A DNA stretch of 64,000 nucleotides from NCBI GenBank assembly GCA_042408215.1, contig JAYFMW010000008.1, forward strand, positions 160,001 through 224,000, written 5' to 3'. Positions 9,401-19,723 of the stretch are shown piece after piece. The stretch is from Microcoleus sp. (GTDB lineage: Bacteria; Cyanobacteriota; Cyanobacteriia; Cyanobacteriales; Microcoleaceae). Within the stretch, counting starts at the first letter, position 1. Every line of letters begins with the position of its first letter. Both the position numbers and the translations under genes were made by a program. The notes under the pieces are model-generated. The model made no database searches, was not told the origin of the DNA, and saw only the letters and a program-made list of their open reading frames with translations.

Positions 9401-11457
9401 AGCGCTAGGTTGTTAGTTAAGCTGTCGGGAATCGGTCGAGTCGCAGCCACCAATTGAGGATTGGGCCCCAGCGGGTTTGCGATAATGCCGATATTTCCAC
9501 CCTCGCGCGTATTTACATTTGCCCTAGAGTTGCGGCCGGCAACAAAGGCATATTTCCCGTCTTGCGTTACTGTTACAGCCACTGCCTCGTTGACATCAAA
9601 ATAGTCAGTGGCCGCGCCCAGCGACAAAGGAGCGTAGCGAACTTCAGCATTAAAGTTGAGGGGGTCATCAGACGTAATGGAGAGCACGCCAAAGCCTTTG
9701 CCGTCATCCTGAAGCTTTATCTGTTCCCCATTACTTATGGCAAGGACACTAGCAAATCCGTTGGTGAACACCATTTTCATCGGGTCGGAAGTAGCAGCTA
9801 TGCCCTCTGTCTCCGATGCGGTGGGAATTACTCCAATCTGCTGGTGCCACTTCCGCTCGTTAGCACCCTGAGCGCTAGGTTTGTCGGCGGGGTCAATGTT
9901 GACAGCGTAAATGCGGCGGTTAGGTGTTTGTTCGTTATTGTCGGAACCTGTGGCGAACAGTCGCCGCCCGTCGCTGCTGATAGCTAACTGGCTCAGTCCC
10001 AGCGGCGATGAGACGTTAATTGTCTCGACAACGGTATGATAAGTTGCCGAATTCGGGTTAATGTCGAGAACGTAGATGTTGGGGCGATTTTGGTCGGCAA
10101 TGTAAGCATAATTGTCTTTGGGGTCAATGATAATACCTTGCGGTCTGGCCCCTGGAGGCAAGCTAATTGCATCGACAGTCTCCGTTTCCTTGGTGGTGTC
10201 TATTTCTCGCAGCGCTATCAAATCCACTACCGAAACGCGGCCGGTGTCGCGCAGAGTCACGTAGGCGCGGGTGGCATTGTTGGTAGCTGCTATCGACTCC
10301 GGTCGGTCTGATGTATTGGGATTACCTACAGGAATGTTAATAGCAACCGCCAATTTATCGCTGGTCTGGGTTTCAACAGTTGATAAAGGGTCTTTGAGAT
10401 TAATAACGTTGATTTTGTCGCCCGTGCGTTCGGTCACCAGCGCCAATTCAACGCAGGTAGGGGCGAGGCGGATATTTTCTTCACTTTCTAGTTCGACAAT
10501 CTCGTAATCTCCAGTACCCAGTCCGAAGCGCTTTTTCTGCTTCCTCGACACTACAATACTGGATTCGCCGACGGGTACGGTAATCGGAATTTTAACGGCA
10601 ATTCTGTAGCTATTTTCTCCCAAATCGGTGTTTTTATCCGGTATCAAAATGCCTGGATAAGTTTTGTAGCCGACGCGGAAACTAACTGTTAAATCCTCAA
10701 ATTTACCGCCCAAATCATTGGAGTTATTCAGGAAATTGCTACCTGTCAGGACGACTGTTGGATCGCCATTTTCTAACTTAAATTCAGCGGATTGAAGCAC
10801 TGGAGGTGCGAAGGGGTCTGCTGGGAATAATGTGGGTATATTTACAGTCGCTGTGACGCTGGGAATTCCTTCTGGGTCGAGTTCGACACCCGCCGGAGTG
10901 ACTACAGGTAAACCGACTTGTGGAATGGCGATGACTTTCAATCCAGATTGCAGATATTTAGCTAAGTAAGCAAGGAGTAAGATTGTAGCGGCGAATTGGG
11001 CTCCGGTAGCGGCGGCGATACCGATTAAACCTGCATTTGCTGCTAAAAAGGTGCTTTGGAGACCGAAATTAGTTGAGAGGTTGAGTGCACCAGCAGTTTT
11101 TGTGGCAGCATCTACAGTTGCGATAGTTGCGATATTAAGCAACTGTTTCAGTGTCAGAGCTGGAGCTGGAGCTCCTAGTAACCCTAGAGTTGGCCATATA
11201 AACATCGAATATTCGCCACTGTCCAAAACACCAGGAAATGGTGGGGAATTGGTTCGGATAGTGCCCGAAGCATCGACGTAGCCGGATTCTTGAATCAGCC
11301 AAGTTGGGTTTTGAATATTGTTAGCATCCGGCAGCGAACCTTTTCGCATGAATAAAATTTCGGTACCGGGAGATAAGCCGGCGGGGGCTGGAATTGCTAA
11401 TTGAGCGGGCAATTTCAGAGATTCATCACCCGTCTGGAAGTTGTAGCGATAGAGCAT
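6427..11457 (-). CDS. Open 3' part of the giant toxin gene (beta-propeller region and ART-like toxin domain)
   Basis: 1676-codon ORF; propeller blades such as PQGIIIDPKDNYAYIAD and LAISSDGRRLFAT; HGT and GxGFY motifs in the last ~150 aa. Confidence 0.7.
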   Translation of the reverse strand: MLYRYNFQTGDESLKLPAQLAIPAPAGLSPGTEILFMRKGSLPDANNIQNPTWLIQESGYVDASGTIRTNSPPFPGVLDSGEYSMFIWPTLGLLGAPAPALTLKQLLNIATIATVDAATKTAGALNLSTNFGLQSTFLAANAGLIGIAAATGAQFAATILLLAYLAKYLQSGLKVIAIPQVGLPVVTPAGVELDPEGIPSVTATVNIPTLFPADPFAPPVLQSAEFKLENGDPTVVLTGSNFLNNSNDLGGKFEDLTVSFRVGYKTYPGILIPDKNTDLGENSYRIAVKIPITVPVGESSIVVSRKQKKRFGLGTGDYEIVELESEENIRLAPTCVELALVTERTGDKINVINLKDPLSTVETQTSDKLAVAINIPVGNPNTSDRPESIAATNNATRAYVTLRDTGRVSVVDLIALREIDTTKETETVDAISLPPGARPQGIIIDPKDNYAYIADQNRPNIYVLDINPNSATYHTVVETINVSSPLGLSQLAISSDGRRLFATGSDNNEQTPNRRIYAVNIDPADKPSAQGANERKWHQQIGVIPTASETEGIAATSDPMKMVFTNGFASVLAISNGEQIKLQDDGKGFGVLSITSDDPLNFNAEVRYAPLSLGAATDYFDVNEAVAVTVTQDGKYAFVAGRNSRANVNTREGGNIGIIANPLGPNPQLVAATRPIPDSLTNNLALSSDGKYLIGSYPTLELGGSSYVFDVEEMIKAIENPGNYKLDARDRGVGSVGFVTNTERNATVADLARVPIDDINPLASIAADYEITGGNWINNFTFSVPEGTNRAPIGIGGNPKGLAIASVKNWLELEGPIGTSESESNPLTPTFKWDLKGDGEECGLTGFNPDTDVDEVNLYVSVFPQGKGLLPGDRWSGLNPTVEKDYNPNRVLTAQWKNGTWTWNGGNKAGSSEEFTLSNDRILTAGQEYHWAVEAVTNKRERKVVTDKFKTLLPAPISGGNTFSSVTVLTRGLEPQSNLIDRQFEQMASHLTKENGLVMRYDRATNKWGWLNFDGSTTFSPPTHKFGAPLILIPGWEQPPEATAFNSGFTEAAADAFFASLVALNQSLENTLFNSPMHFIGFGQGAAIDNEIVQRLGTYFPLAGGTSLVNRDLQMTTIDPHDFDQDYFVSSLKSFRDPEVRIWENVTYADNYYQDVPALETQETNTRPGRRIAEADWNVHLGGSGGSSRIGFTENSTDGKPPMQALTWYGGTTNLSGSQLPSKNGERIYRRLGDLELDSSGNPTTPTWYTPDHTNANFTHGEQRAPWEGIGTGWFYSVLGGGSQLRPYDANVSNRVPVTEDNTYTDEIIGNKMRGDYAVPTLFNGNFDASKRFTAQSVPGWSFYNSLSVSDNPNVSQRHLHERDEIDTFLTEEQRILNPGLAGKNYTLKMGGTDGPKEIIHNLFLVPDQNSLHDSLKFDLHVPEDQLGAGRKITVSLRADVAGYEQFTSIGTIDLERVSGINSSGPELDSNIRKIGYGTEGLETFYLNLPEELRGKAALLKFEINDGTVYLDDISFGKKWEPSMTLAEAEEYTKNSYYSGRTLYHGTSPAGASSITNIGVNPGRFTRGFFGEGFYLTNLEERAKDFSSDENGNPTQGPILKIMLNVKNPKVYQDLTEFDERVANYGQETGLQEPERTVRYVEDLKSQGYDAIATRSPEMMLYYIVFDPKQVVVVEE

Positions 11458-14400
11458 TGCTGGTTAGAGATGTCAAGCTAATAGCTGTATCTTCGGCAAG
11501 AGCACTCCTCGGCACCATCACAATTGAACCGTCACTGCCAGTAACTGCACCGCCATTTACTCCTAAAATTGTTCCGGCGGCGGCAGGAAGGGAGACTCGT
11601 ACTGGTACGACTTGTTCGGCTGCTCCGTGAATGACGGTGACGTTAGTAACTCCTTCTTCTATTGCAGTAATAAGGCCGTCTGAATTCACTTGCAATAAGT
11701 TGGAGTTTCCGGGGAAATAGCGAGTTCCTACTGAGCCGAATTTCAAATCGGGGGATTTGATGATATTTTCAATTCCTACTAAAAGCGAGCGTCCCATTCC
11801 GGCTGTCATGGTGACTGCTTTGGGATAGACATTCAAACCGTTAATCTCGGCTAGTGCTCCATTGAATTCTGCATCGTTGGTGGGGGCTGGCAATTTTCCT
11901 ACTCGCACCGCTGTTACTGCTTGCAGGTTGTTGCGACTTGCGCTCAAAACTGAAGTACCGTTGACCAAACCTGTCACTTTACCAGTTGGATCAATTGGTG
12001 CTACTTCTGGATTTATTGAAGTGTAAGTTAGATAAGAATCTGGCAGCACTACACCTTTTTGGTCGGCAAAATCTCCGAGCACAACTAATTCCGTATTCTG
12101 TCCTGCATTGAGCTGCGGATTACGCTTCACAAAATCCAAATTCAGCAGGGGAATGTCGCTGACGTTGACTGTTACCCGCGCGGGAATAGAACTCCCAAAA
12201 CCGTCGCTGGCAAGGAAATCAAAGCTAGCAATTCCAGAGAAACTGGTTGCTGGTTTGAACGATGCTTTGTTAGTTAAGGGATTGAAAATTACTGTGCCGT
12301 TTACTGGACCCTGGACGCTAATTGTGAGAGGGTCGCCTTCTACATCTGTGGCAAGATTGTCTAATTAAATAGTTGTCTCTAATTCTGTATAAGTCCGAGC
12401 GCTTGTCGGTGAAACAACGGGCGGATTGTTATCAGAATTCGGGGGATTAGCTGCTGCGAGCAATTGTTGTCCTAAGGTCGTATTGCGCCATTCTTTGTCA
12501 GGATTGATGACTGTATCTAGCAGCGGTGCGTTTCCTATTGCGCCACTAATTTTAAAGATTAGGTCATTGTAATCTCTGTCCGAGTTAGCGGCCGACATAT
12601 CTTCGAGGGCGAAGGTGTTGCCGGTGCCGGTAATATCGGCTATTTGTAGCAGATGAGCGGTATCGTTGGGATTGGCTGTGGCGATACTAAATAAGGGACG
12701 GTTTTCGGGGAACCAATTTCCCGAATACGAGGATTGGAGGGATGATTGTATTGTAGCGTTGGGGACTAACATGACGGCAAAGGTGTCGCCTGGTAGCATG
12801 GAGAAAGTTTTGATACCCTGATATTCGCCGCTGCCCCAATCCCCGTCGAAGGGCATCGCACCGGTGAATTTTGCTCCTTCTGTACTGTCGCGGATTACAA
12901 CGTTTCCTAATGTGGAATTAGTTAGGACTCTCCTAGCAGCTTCGGCGATGAATTCTGGAGTACCAGGTGTAAATGCTTCCATTCCTGAAAGGCTGAAAAT
13001 GCCGACTTCGCCAGTAAAGTACCCGCCGTCAAACTGATAGTCAAATTTGACTTTTCCTTGGTCATCTACAAGGAAAGTGCCGGGATTGGGTGAGTTGGCT
13101 GCTGCTGTTATTGAGAGATTTGTTGGGGAATTGGTATTGGTTTGGAAGTCGCCTGTACGCTGTGTTGAATTGGGTTGAGTGTCTGCAATATTGTCTGAAA
13201 ATTGAGCAGAGTTTTCGGTCGCTGACGCTAGCAAAGCGCTGGTTATCTCTGGGGATTGCGGCGCAATTTTGGTATCAGAATACGCAGGTAAAACAGCGAC
13301 AGTTTCTGTTGGACTTGAATTGCTATTATAATTGTTTGAAGTTGGTTCAGGTGGGGATTTAAGAGTTGAGGGTGAAGCGCTGGTTTCGACTGAGGCTATC
13401 TGTGCCGTACCTGCTGCTGTTTCTGATGGAGTTGAGAAGAGTGCTGGGCTTTTCTCAGTTTCTAATTCCGCTGCTGTTTCGGAAACAGTAATGTTCCGTT
13501 CGATTGTATCAGCAGTGAATTCTGCTGTCGATAGCGAATCGGTTTTTGTTGGCAATTCGCTTTCAAGTTCTGATGTTATTTCAGGAAAAGCGCTCTCATT
13601 TTCTACCGTAGCCGAATCGTTTTTTGTGGGAATAATTGACTCGGTTTTTGTTGGTAATTGTTCGGCGGCGCTAGAAACATTGGAGTGGGTTTCTTTTGGT
13701 GATTGTTCGCCCACATTAGAGCTGAGTAAGTCTGTTTTTGCAGGAGAATTTTCTGCAAGTGGAGCGATAATTGACTCTGTTTCTGCGGGGGGTTGAGAAA
13801 TGCTTGCAGTTACAGTTGTGTCGGTTTTGATTAATTCAGCATCTGCTGATAGACTGACAATAGATTCTGTTTTAACTGGCTGTTTAATTTCCGAAAGTGA
13901 GTCAGTATTGTTCGGAGTTTTTTCTGGGGTTTTAACTGCTGCTGTTGCTGTCGTCACCGCTACATTTTCACTGGCTGCTGTTTTTGGTATTGCAGCAGGT
14001 TCGGTTTTTAATGGGTCAACTTTTCCTGAATCATTCTGTTTGTCAGTTAAAGATTGAGTAGCGGTTTGTACTGGCTTTTGTAAATCGGTTGATTTGACTT
14101 CTGCACTGATATTAGTGTCAGGTAAAACTGGGTTAGATGTGGCTGGAATTAATTGGGCTGTTGGGAGCTGTGTTGTCGGCGGCAGTTGAGAATCTGAAGG
14201 GGGTTTTTCTGTCGGTGTTGCATCGATTGTTGGGGATTTTTTGTCTGAGTCTATCAGGGTAGCTTCGGCAACAGGAAGCTGTTTGTCTGACTTTTTTATT
14301 TCTGAAGTTGAGGCAATTGGAGCTTTTTTATCGGAGTCTATTTTGTCAGAAACTTCGGCAGTACGAGATTGTTCGCCTGAGTTGGCTTTCTCCACAATTG

Positions 14401-15388
14401 TGGAGTTTTGAGATTGCTTGTCTGAGTCTATCTTGTCGTCAGCTTTGGCAACTGGGGACTGTTTGTCTGTAGAGGTTTTATCAGTCGAGGGTATGTTTGG
14501 GCTAGCCGCAATAGTTTCGGTTAAATTTGTTACTGCAATTCGATCGGATTTTTCTGATGAAGTTGTACTATTATTTGGGATTGCGGTTGATGCAGTTGCA
14601 GGTGATGTTTTGTTCGGCTCTGAGCGATCGGTTGATACAGTGGCAGGTGATGTTTTGTTCGGCTCTAAGTTCTCAACCGTTGATACAGTTGCAGGTGATG
14701 TTTTATTGGGTTCTGAATCACTTTTGAGTGTAGCCCCTGACGATAAGGATGTTTTGTTATCTTCGGGTTTTGAAGTCGTTTCAGCAGTTGCGACTAATGT
14801 TGTTTTGCCCGCAGCTTTTTCGCTCGTTGTGTAGGCAGTTACATCCGGTAATTTTGGGCTGTTTTCTTGGTCGGATTTGGCAACTGCGGCTGCGGGTAAT
14901 TGTGTTGAGTTTTCAGCAGGTAATTCATCCCTCGCAGCGGTTGTAGTTGCTGTGGTTTTATTGAATTCTGAGTTGCTGATTGACGAGTCGATTGCAGGTG
15001 CGTTTAGAGCGGGTTTATTAAAATCAGAAGTATCGTTATTTGAGGCAATTCGATTTGGGTTGGTTAGGGGGTCTGCTAAGTCGGAGTCGAGTTTACCAAT
15101 TAGGGGGTAAACTTCAGAATTTGTGGTATCCCTGAGAGTGCTGTTAGTTATCAGAGGGCTGGTGTTGGCAGAAGGTATGCTGTTAATATCGGAGGCTTTA
15201 TTAATAATAAAAGCATCAGCTTCTGTTCGAATGAATTCGGATGCGGGCCCGCTTGCGGGTTCTATTAAGTTAGGTTATTCGGGGTTTTCAGAAGAGCCCG
15301 GAGTTTGATCTAATAAGGTTTTGTTAGTCTGAATTCCCGGCAGTTGTGGGGCGAAAGTTGGGGCAAGTCCGGGAATTAAGGATTCCAT
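6427..15388 (-). pseudogene. Giant polymorphic-toxin-like gene (~2,980 codons): low-complexity N-terminus, DUF4114-type domain, Ig/cadherin-like domains, YncE/YVTN-like beta-propeller, C-terminal ADP-ribosyltransferase-like tip; disrupted
   Basis: ATG 15388 (MESLIPGLAP) is in frame with ORFs 12365-14395 and 11426-12139 across single TAA codons at 15275-15277 and 12365-12367; frameshift near 11430 joins ORF 6427-11457; tip has LYHGT..FGEGFYLT. Confidence 0.8.
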
Positions 15389-15709
15389 TTCTGTGAAAGG
15401 TTCTCTAATCGGATCGGTTAAAGGCACTCTGGGCGCTCCTTGAGAAATGGTTAATTTCTTTTAAATCATTATTCAGCGGTTACTCATCATTATCTGCTAG
15501 ACTCGATTATAAGTAAATTCGGGAAAATACAGAAGTTAAGAGTTTTTTTTGGTGTTGCTAGTCTGTTTGATTTCCTGTATATTTACTGAGAGTTTTTCAA
15601 CTTATGCTAAATCTTTATGAAAGTAAGTTTTTTCAGGCAGGAAAATACTTAAATAACCGATCGCACACACTGTCTCTCTCTATTAAGATCGGCTTCCAGT
15701 ATTATTAAT

Positions 15710-15840
15710 CTGAGATGTTGCACCAATATCAATAAGGGGCTTTTTTGTGGGTGGGGGCGGGTTTATTTAACCTGTCTGCACCCCTTAAAGCTTTTGGTGA
15801 ACCCGCCCCTACAGGTTTTTGATTGCGGGTGCAATATCTG
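15710..15840. mobile_element. MITE/REP-doublet element (CTGAGATRTTGCA...TGCAATATCT ends)
   Basis: Inverted ends shared with 39333-39467; internal GGGCGGGTTT...AACCCGCCCCTAC pair. Confidence 0.6.
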
Positions 15841-16086
15841 GGATCGATACTCACCCGTCAGGAAATCGAGCTCTTGCTTAACGATGGTTGGCCCTGGATC
15901 GCAACCGCGGCCTCTACAGTTAATTGTCAGCCCCTTCGCTCTTCCAAACTTTCCTGGCCCTTCCCCTTCCCCTTACTCTCGGCTTCCTGTAAAGTAAACA
16001 ATTGTAAAGAAATATGAGTTTTCTCTGATCCTCTGGTTAAGACCGCCAGCTAGCATTCACAATTGAGACCCAGATTAGAACTTCCT

Positions 16087-16893
16087 ATGTCACAGTTTTT
16101 TTCCCGCAAATTTCTAGCCTCTGCTGCTGCATTTTTCCTGGCTTTGTCGGTGTGGGCGATCGCCCAACCGGTACTCGCTTTCAATAATCCCGATTTGTTG
16201 CCGTCAACTCCAACCCCAATCATTGACTTAGCTAAAGCCCTGACGGACATTGAAGAAGAAGGGCTGGCCAAAAATTTAAACGCCTTTGAGGCAGAAACTG
16301 GCTGGAAGCTGCGAGTGCTGACTCAGTACGATCGCACGCCCGGTTTGGCTGTCAAAAGTTATTGGGGCTTAGATCAGAAGAGTGTGTTGCTAGTTGCCGA
16401 TCCCCGTGGCGGCAATCTGCTGAATTTTAATGTGGGAGACTCTTTGTATCCACTGCTGCCGCGCACTTTTTGGGTGGAACTGCAAACCCGCTACGGGAAT
16501 CAGTTTTTTGTGCGGGACAATGGGGAAGATCGATCGATTATTGAATCTTTGGAGTCGATAGAAGGCTGTTTGCGTCGGGGTGGATGCCGCGTGGTTCCCG
16601 GTTTGCCGAGGGAACAGTGGATTTTGACGTTAATTACGTCAGTGGTTGGCGGGGTAATCTGCGGGTTTGCAGCTCAGCCACGGAAGCCTGGACAGATTGT
16701 AGCTTGGCAGTGGGCGCTAATTTTTTCGCCGCTGTGGGGCATCATGTTTTTGGCTTTCGGAATTGGGCCGGTGGTGACTCGGACTTCTGAGTGGCTGCCT
16801 TTGGTGCGGAATGTGGCTGGTTTTGCGATCGGGGCTTTGGTGGCATTCCTGACTCCGGTGCTGGGTAAGTCTTCACCGTCGTCAGAAACTTAG
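16087..16893 (+). CDS. TPM domain-containing membrane protein
   Basis: Signal peptide, IIDLAKAL..FEAETGWKLRVLTQYDRTPG, three C-terminal TM segments. Confidence 0.85.
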   Translation: MSQFFSRKFLASAAAFFLALSVWAIAQPVLAFNNPDLLPSTPTPIIDLAKALTDIEEEGLAKNLNAFEAETGWKLRVLTQYDRTPGLAVKSYWGLDQKSVLLVADPRGGNLLNFNVGDSLYPLLPRTFWVELQTRYGNQFFVRDNGEDRSIIESLESIEGCLRRGGCRVVPGLPREQWILTLITSVVGGVICGFAAQPRKPGQIVAWQWALIFSPLWGIMFLAFGIGPVVTRTSEWLPLVRNVAGFAIGALVAFLTPVLGKSSPSSET

Positions 16894-17052
16894 TTTGTTA
16901 TTAGTCATTAGTCATTAGTCATTGGTCATTAGTCGTTGGTCATTAATCAGGACGGGTTTTTCAGGTTATTTGTTGGCTGCCGAATGGGTCCCAAAATAGG
17001 CTTCTGACAAATAACTAATAACTAATGACTAATGACTAATAACTAATGACCA
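16894..17052. repeat. Two inverted heptamer (STRR-type) arrays, (CATTAGT)n and (ACTAATG)n, around a ~60-bp spacer
   Basis: 16894-16945 and 17006-17052 are approximate reverse complements. Confidence 0.85.
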
Positions 17053-17103
17053 AAATCTGGTAAGCTGATACTTGATAATTCACAGGCGACAGCTATTCAA
17101 CAC

Positions 17104-17727
17104 ATGGAATGGCACGTAAGCGATGCCCAGAGTCTGGGATTAATCGATAGCGAAATTGGTGACCACGGTTTTTCAGCGGCGGAGTACGAAATAGTCCGCC
17201 GCGTGATTTATGCGACTGCTGATTTTGAGTACAAGTCTTTAATTAGTTTTTCCGATCAGGCTTTGCAGGCTGGGGCGGCGGCTTTGGCTGCTCGAACGAC
17301 GATCGTAGTAGATGTGCCGATGGTGCAGGTAGGCATTACGCCCCACCTCCAAAGTACCTTTTCGAATCCGGTGTACTGTTCGATGGAGGCTTGGACGCGC
17401 CCTCAAAAAGAAAAGACGCGGGCGGCTTGGGGGATTGAAACTTTGGCTAAACGCTATCCTGAAGGGATTTTTGTGGTGGGCCAGGCTCAAACCGCTTTGT
17501 CGGCGATCGTCGATTTGATTGAGGCCGAGGAAATTCGGCCGGCTTTGGTAATTGGCACGCCTTCTGGGTTTGTTGGGGGTGACGTGGCTAAGTCGCGGCT
17601 ACATGACTCGATGATTCCTCATATTCGGATTGAGGGGCGGAAGGGTTCTGCGGTGGTGGCTGTGGCGATTGTGAATGGGCTGGTGGATTTGGCTTGGCAG
17701 GCTTACGGCCAAGAGGGGAATAGTTGA
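17104..17727 (+). CDS. cobH: Precorrin-8X methylmutase
   Basis: IVRRVIYATADFEY, LVIGTPSGFV, GRKGSAVVAVAIVN motifs of the CbiC/CobH family. Confidence 0.85.
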   Translation: MEWHVSDAQSLGLIDSEIGDHGFSAAEYEIVRRVIYATADFEYKSLISFSDQALQAGAAALAARTTIVVDVPMVQVGITPHLQSTFSNPVYCSMEAWTRPQKEKTRAAWGIETLAKRYPEGIFVVGQAQTALSAIVDLIEAEEIRPALVIGTPSGFVGGDVAKSRLHDSMIPHIRIEGRKGSAVVAVAIVNGLVDLAWQAYGQEGNS

Positions 17728-17745
17728 TCGAAAATTCAGGAGTTA

Positions 17746-18078
17746 TTAGTCATTAGTGATTAGTCGTTCTGGATTATTTCTAGCAGTGTTGCGGGAAATT
17801 AACCAACTTTCAAGCGATCGTTGACTTTCACTGCTGCGCCTCCCAGCTAGCAAACCTTCAACTCCAATATGTTCGTCTAAATCAACCCATTCAATGGCAT
17901 AACCATCTCCAAGTAGCAGCCAATTATGTCTTTCCTCCGGGGAAGCGTGCAACAAACGGGGATACCAAGCTAAGGGAACACTTAAACTGCAACCATCAGC
18001 TAAGTCCACAATTACTTTTTCATCTGTCACTGTGACTTTCATTACAAGAGGTTCTGTTTCAAGTGTCAAAGTAGTCAT
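17746..18078 (-). CDS. DUF2442 family antitoxin-like protein
   Basis: DLADG..LSVPLAWYPRLLHASPEER.NW.L.GDG.AIEW.DLDEHIGVEGLL. Confidence 0.85.
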   Translation of the reverse strand: MTTLTLETEPLVMKVTVTDEKVIVDLADGCSLSVPLAWYPRLLHASPEERHNWLLLGDGYAIEWVDLDEHIGVEGLLAGRRSSESQRSLESWLISRNTARNNPERLITND

Positions 18079-18330
18079 CCCAAGCCTCCAACAATATTTT
18101 TTCGTATTCTTCTACAAGACGAGCGATCTGGTTTAATTCATGCTCTTTGAAGCCTCGATTTTTTTCTAGAGATACAGGATTCATATCAAATCCCTTGGTA
18201 TCGGAATTATTCATCTCTCTCTTCTGGAGACTCGGCGCCCTCTGCGCCCTAGAAGAGTTAAATCATTCAGAAAGAACCGTAAACGAGAGCATCCAAAATT
18301 GGGCAAATTGCCCATCGCTCTTTAAACTTT
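18059..18330 (-). pseudogene. DUF4160 family partner gene, truncated and split by a ~100-bp insertion
   Basis: GQFAQFWM (about 18290-18313) and MNPVSLEKNRGFKEHELNQIARLVEEYEKILLEAWDDYFDT* (18059-18184) rejoin as FWMNPVSL; overlaps the DUF2442 start. Confidence 0.65.
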
Positions 18331-18340
18331 CGGTACTTTA

Positions 18341-19054
18341 TTAATAATCAGCGGACGATCGCCTTTTTGTACTTCTACTGTTATTATCTCGATCGCCCGT
18401 TTTTTTCTCTCTACCTTTTTTAATCTGCTGACTCATCTCAACAAACACATCTTTACGCAAATAAGGATAGTCACTCACCCACACTTCGCGGCTGGGAATG
18501 TAAATATCTGAAACTTTAGCAATCCTGCCCAAATCTTCTTGATTCGACATGATTAACATTAAAGCAGCTTGACCGGGGACAATTCCTTGGTGACTTTTTT
18601 GCAATGGCGCTGTAAGTGTGGTAGTAAATCCCGTTTTGTCGCCGACTTCTAAGTTGATTCGCGGTTCTAAGTTGTCAACAATTACGAGTTGTCCTTTTTT
18701 GTTAACTGTTTCCTCTTGACTTGTGACTTCATCTGTGATATATATATCCAAAACTCGTCCTTGCCAAAAACCGCAATATTTATATTTACGGCATTCTGCA
18801 TTCCGCAAACTCGCCCACAAAATCGGGCCCCAAAGCCAGTATAAACCGGCTATCAATCCGGTAATTAAAACTAGAGGCCCAACATCGGAACCGGCGAAGT
18901 TGTAGATGACAAGTAGGAGCACTACAACTACGGCGGATATTAGCATTCTCCTCAAAAAGTCTGGTGGTTTTCCCCAGAAATATTTGTATTGAGAACCAGT
19001 GGCGACGGCGGGAATTAGTTCTTGAAAGGTTTCGCGGGTTAAGGGAATTAGCAT
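18341..19054 (-). CDS. Conserved cyanobacterial membrane protein of unknown function
   Basis: 237-aa ORF with two TM helices; MLIPLTR..F.ELIP.VATG.QY start. Confidence 0.75.
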   Translation of the reverse strand: MLIPLTRETFQELIPAVATGSQYKYFWGKPPDFLRRMLISAVVVVLLLVIYNFAGSDVGPLVLITGLIAGLYWLWGPILWASLRNAECRKYKYCGFWQGRVLDIYITDEVTSQEETVNKKGQLVIVDNLEPRINLEVGDKTGFTTTLTAPLQKSHQGIVPGQAALMLIMSNQEDLGRIAKVSDIYIPSREVWVSDYPYLRKDVFVEMSQQIKKGREKKTGDRDNNSRSTKRRSSADY

Positions 19055-19055
19055 A

Positions 19056-19236
19056 ATGGGGAATGGGGAATGGGGAATGGGGAATTGGGAATTGGGGATG
19101 GGGAATTGGGGATTGGGAATTGGGGATTGGGAGTTGGGAATTGGGAGTTGGGAATTGGGAATTGGGAATTGGGAATTGGGAATTGGGAATTGGGAATTGG
19201 GAATTGGGAATTGGGAATTGGGAATTGGGATGGGGA
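19056..19236. repeat. Heptamer tandem array (TGGGAAT/GGGGAAT)n, about 25 units
   Basis: Read directly from the sequence. Confidence 0.95.
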
Positions 19237-19279
19237 GTTTTTTTGGGTTGAGATCTATATCAAGTCTTTAATTACTCAT

Positions 19280-19648
19280 TTAATATTTTTTGTCACCTAT
19301 TGAGTTTAGATAAGCATTGAGTTTTGGTGGTAATTCATCAATTATTGGTTGAATTTTTCTGACTTGTTCATCTGCTAACAACTGTCTGGCATATGCCAAT
19401 CTCAACCAACTGATTGTTTCATATAAAGAGCCTCTGGCAATCTTAATAAAACGCCGATTGTCTTGATGATTATACCTGCCACGTCCTTCTGCGATATTAG
19501 CACAAATACTATCGGCGGAGCGTACAATTTGCTTTCCCATAGTATCTTTCGTGAAATAATCCCATTGTTTGACGATAAACCAAACCTCATTTGCTAACTT
19601 TTCAGCCAACTTGTAAACATCCAAATCCTCAAAATCTGGTCTACTCAT
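19280..19648 (-). CDS. Four helix bundle protein (23S rRNA IVS protein / bAvd-like family)
   Basis: [41 protein letters not shown] motifs. Confidence 0.9.
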   Translation of the reverse strand: MSRPDFEDLDVYKLAEKLANEVWFIVKQWDYFTKDTMGKQIVRSADSICANIAEGRGRYNHQDNRRFIKIARGSLYETISWLRLAYARQLLADEQVRKIQPIIDELPPKLNAYLNSIGDKKY

Positions 19649-19662
19649 ATCTACACCCCTCT

Positions 19663-19723
19663 ATTCCCAATTCCCCATTCCCCATTCCCAATTCCCAATT
19701 CCCCATTCCCAATTCCCAATTCC
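19663..19723. repeat. Heptamer tandem array (ATTCCCA/ATTCCCC)n, inverted relative to 19056-19236
   Basis: About 9 units abutting the dapB stop codon. Confidence 0.95.

Noticed and set aside
12365..15277. Programmed stop-codon readthrough or recoding in giant toxin 1
   Set aside because: Both stops are TAA, other genes in the window terminate normally at TAA, and an additional frameshift is present; pseudogenisation is simpler.
13090..15308. Plus-strand Val/Ser/Ala-rich ORFs (also 35506-36513 and 49894-50604)
   Set aside because: Antisense shadows of low-complexity or highly biased minus-strand genes.
19056..19303. ORFs of GNWELGI-type repeats in three frames
   Set aside because: Artefacts of a stop-free heptamer array.
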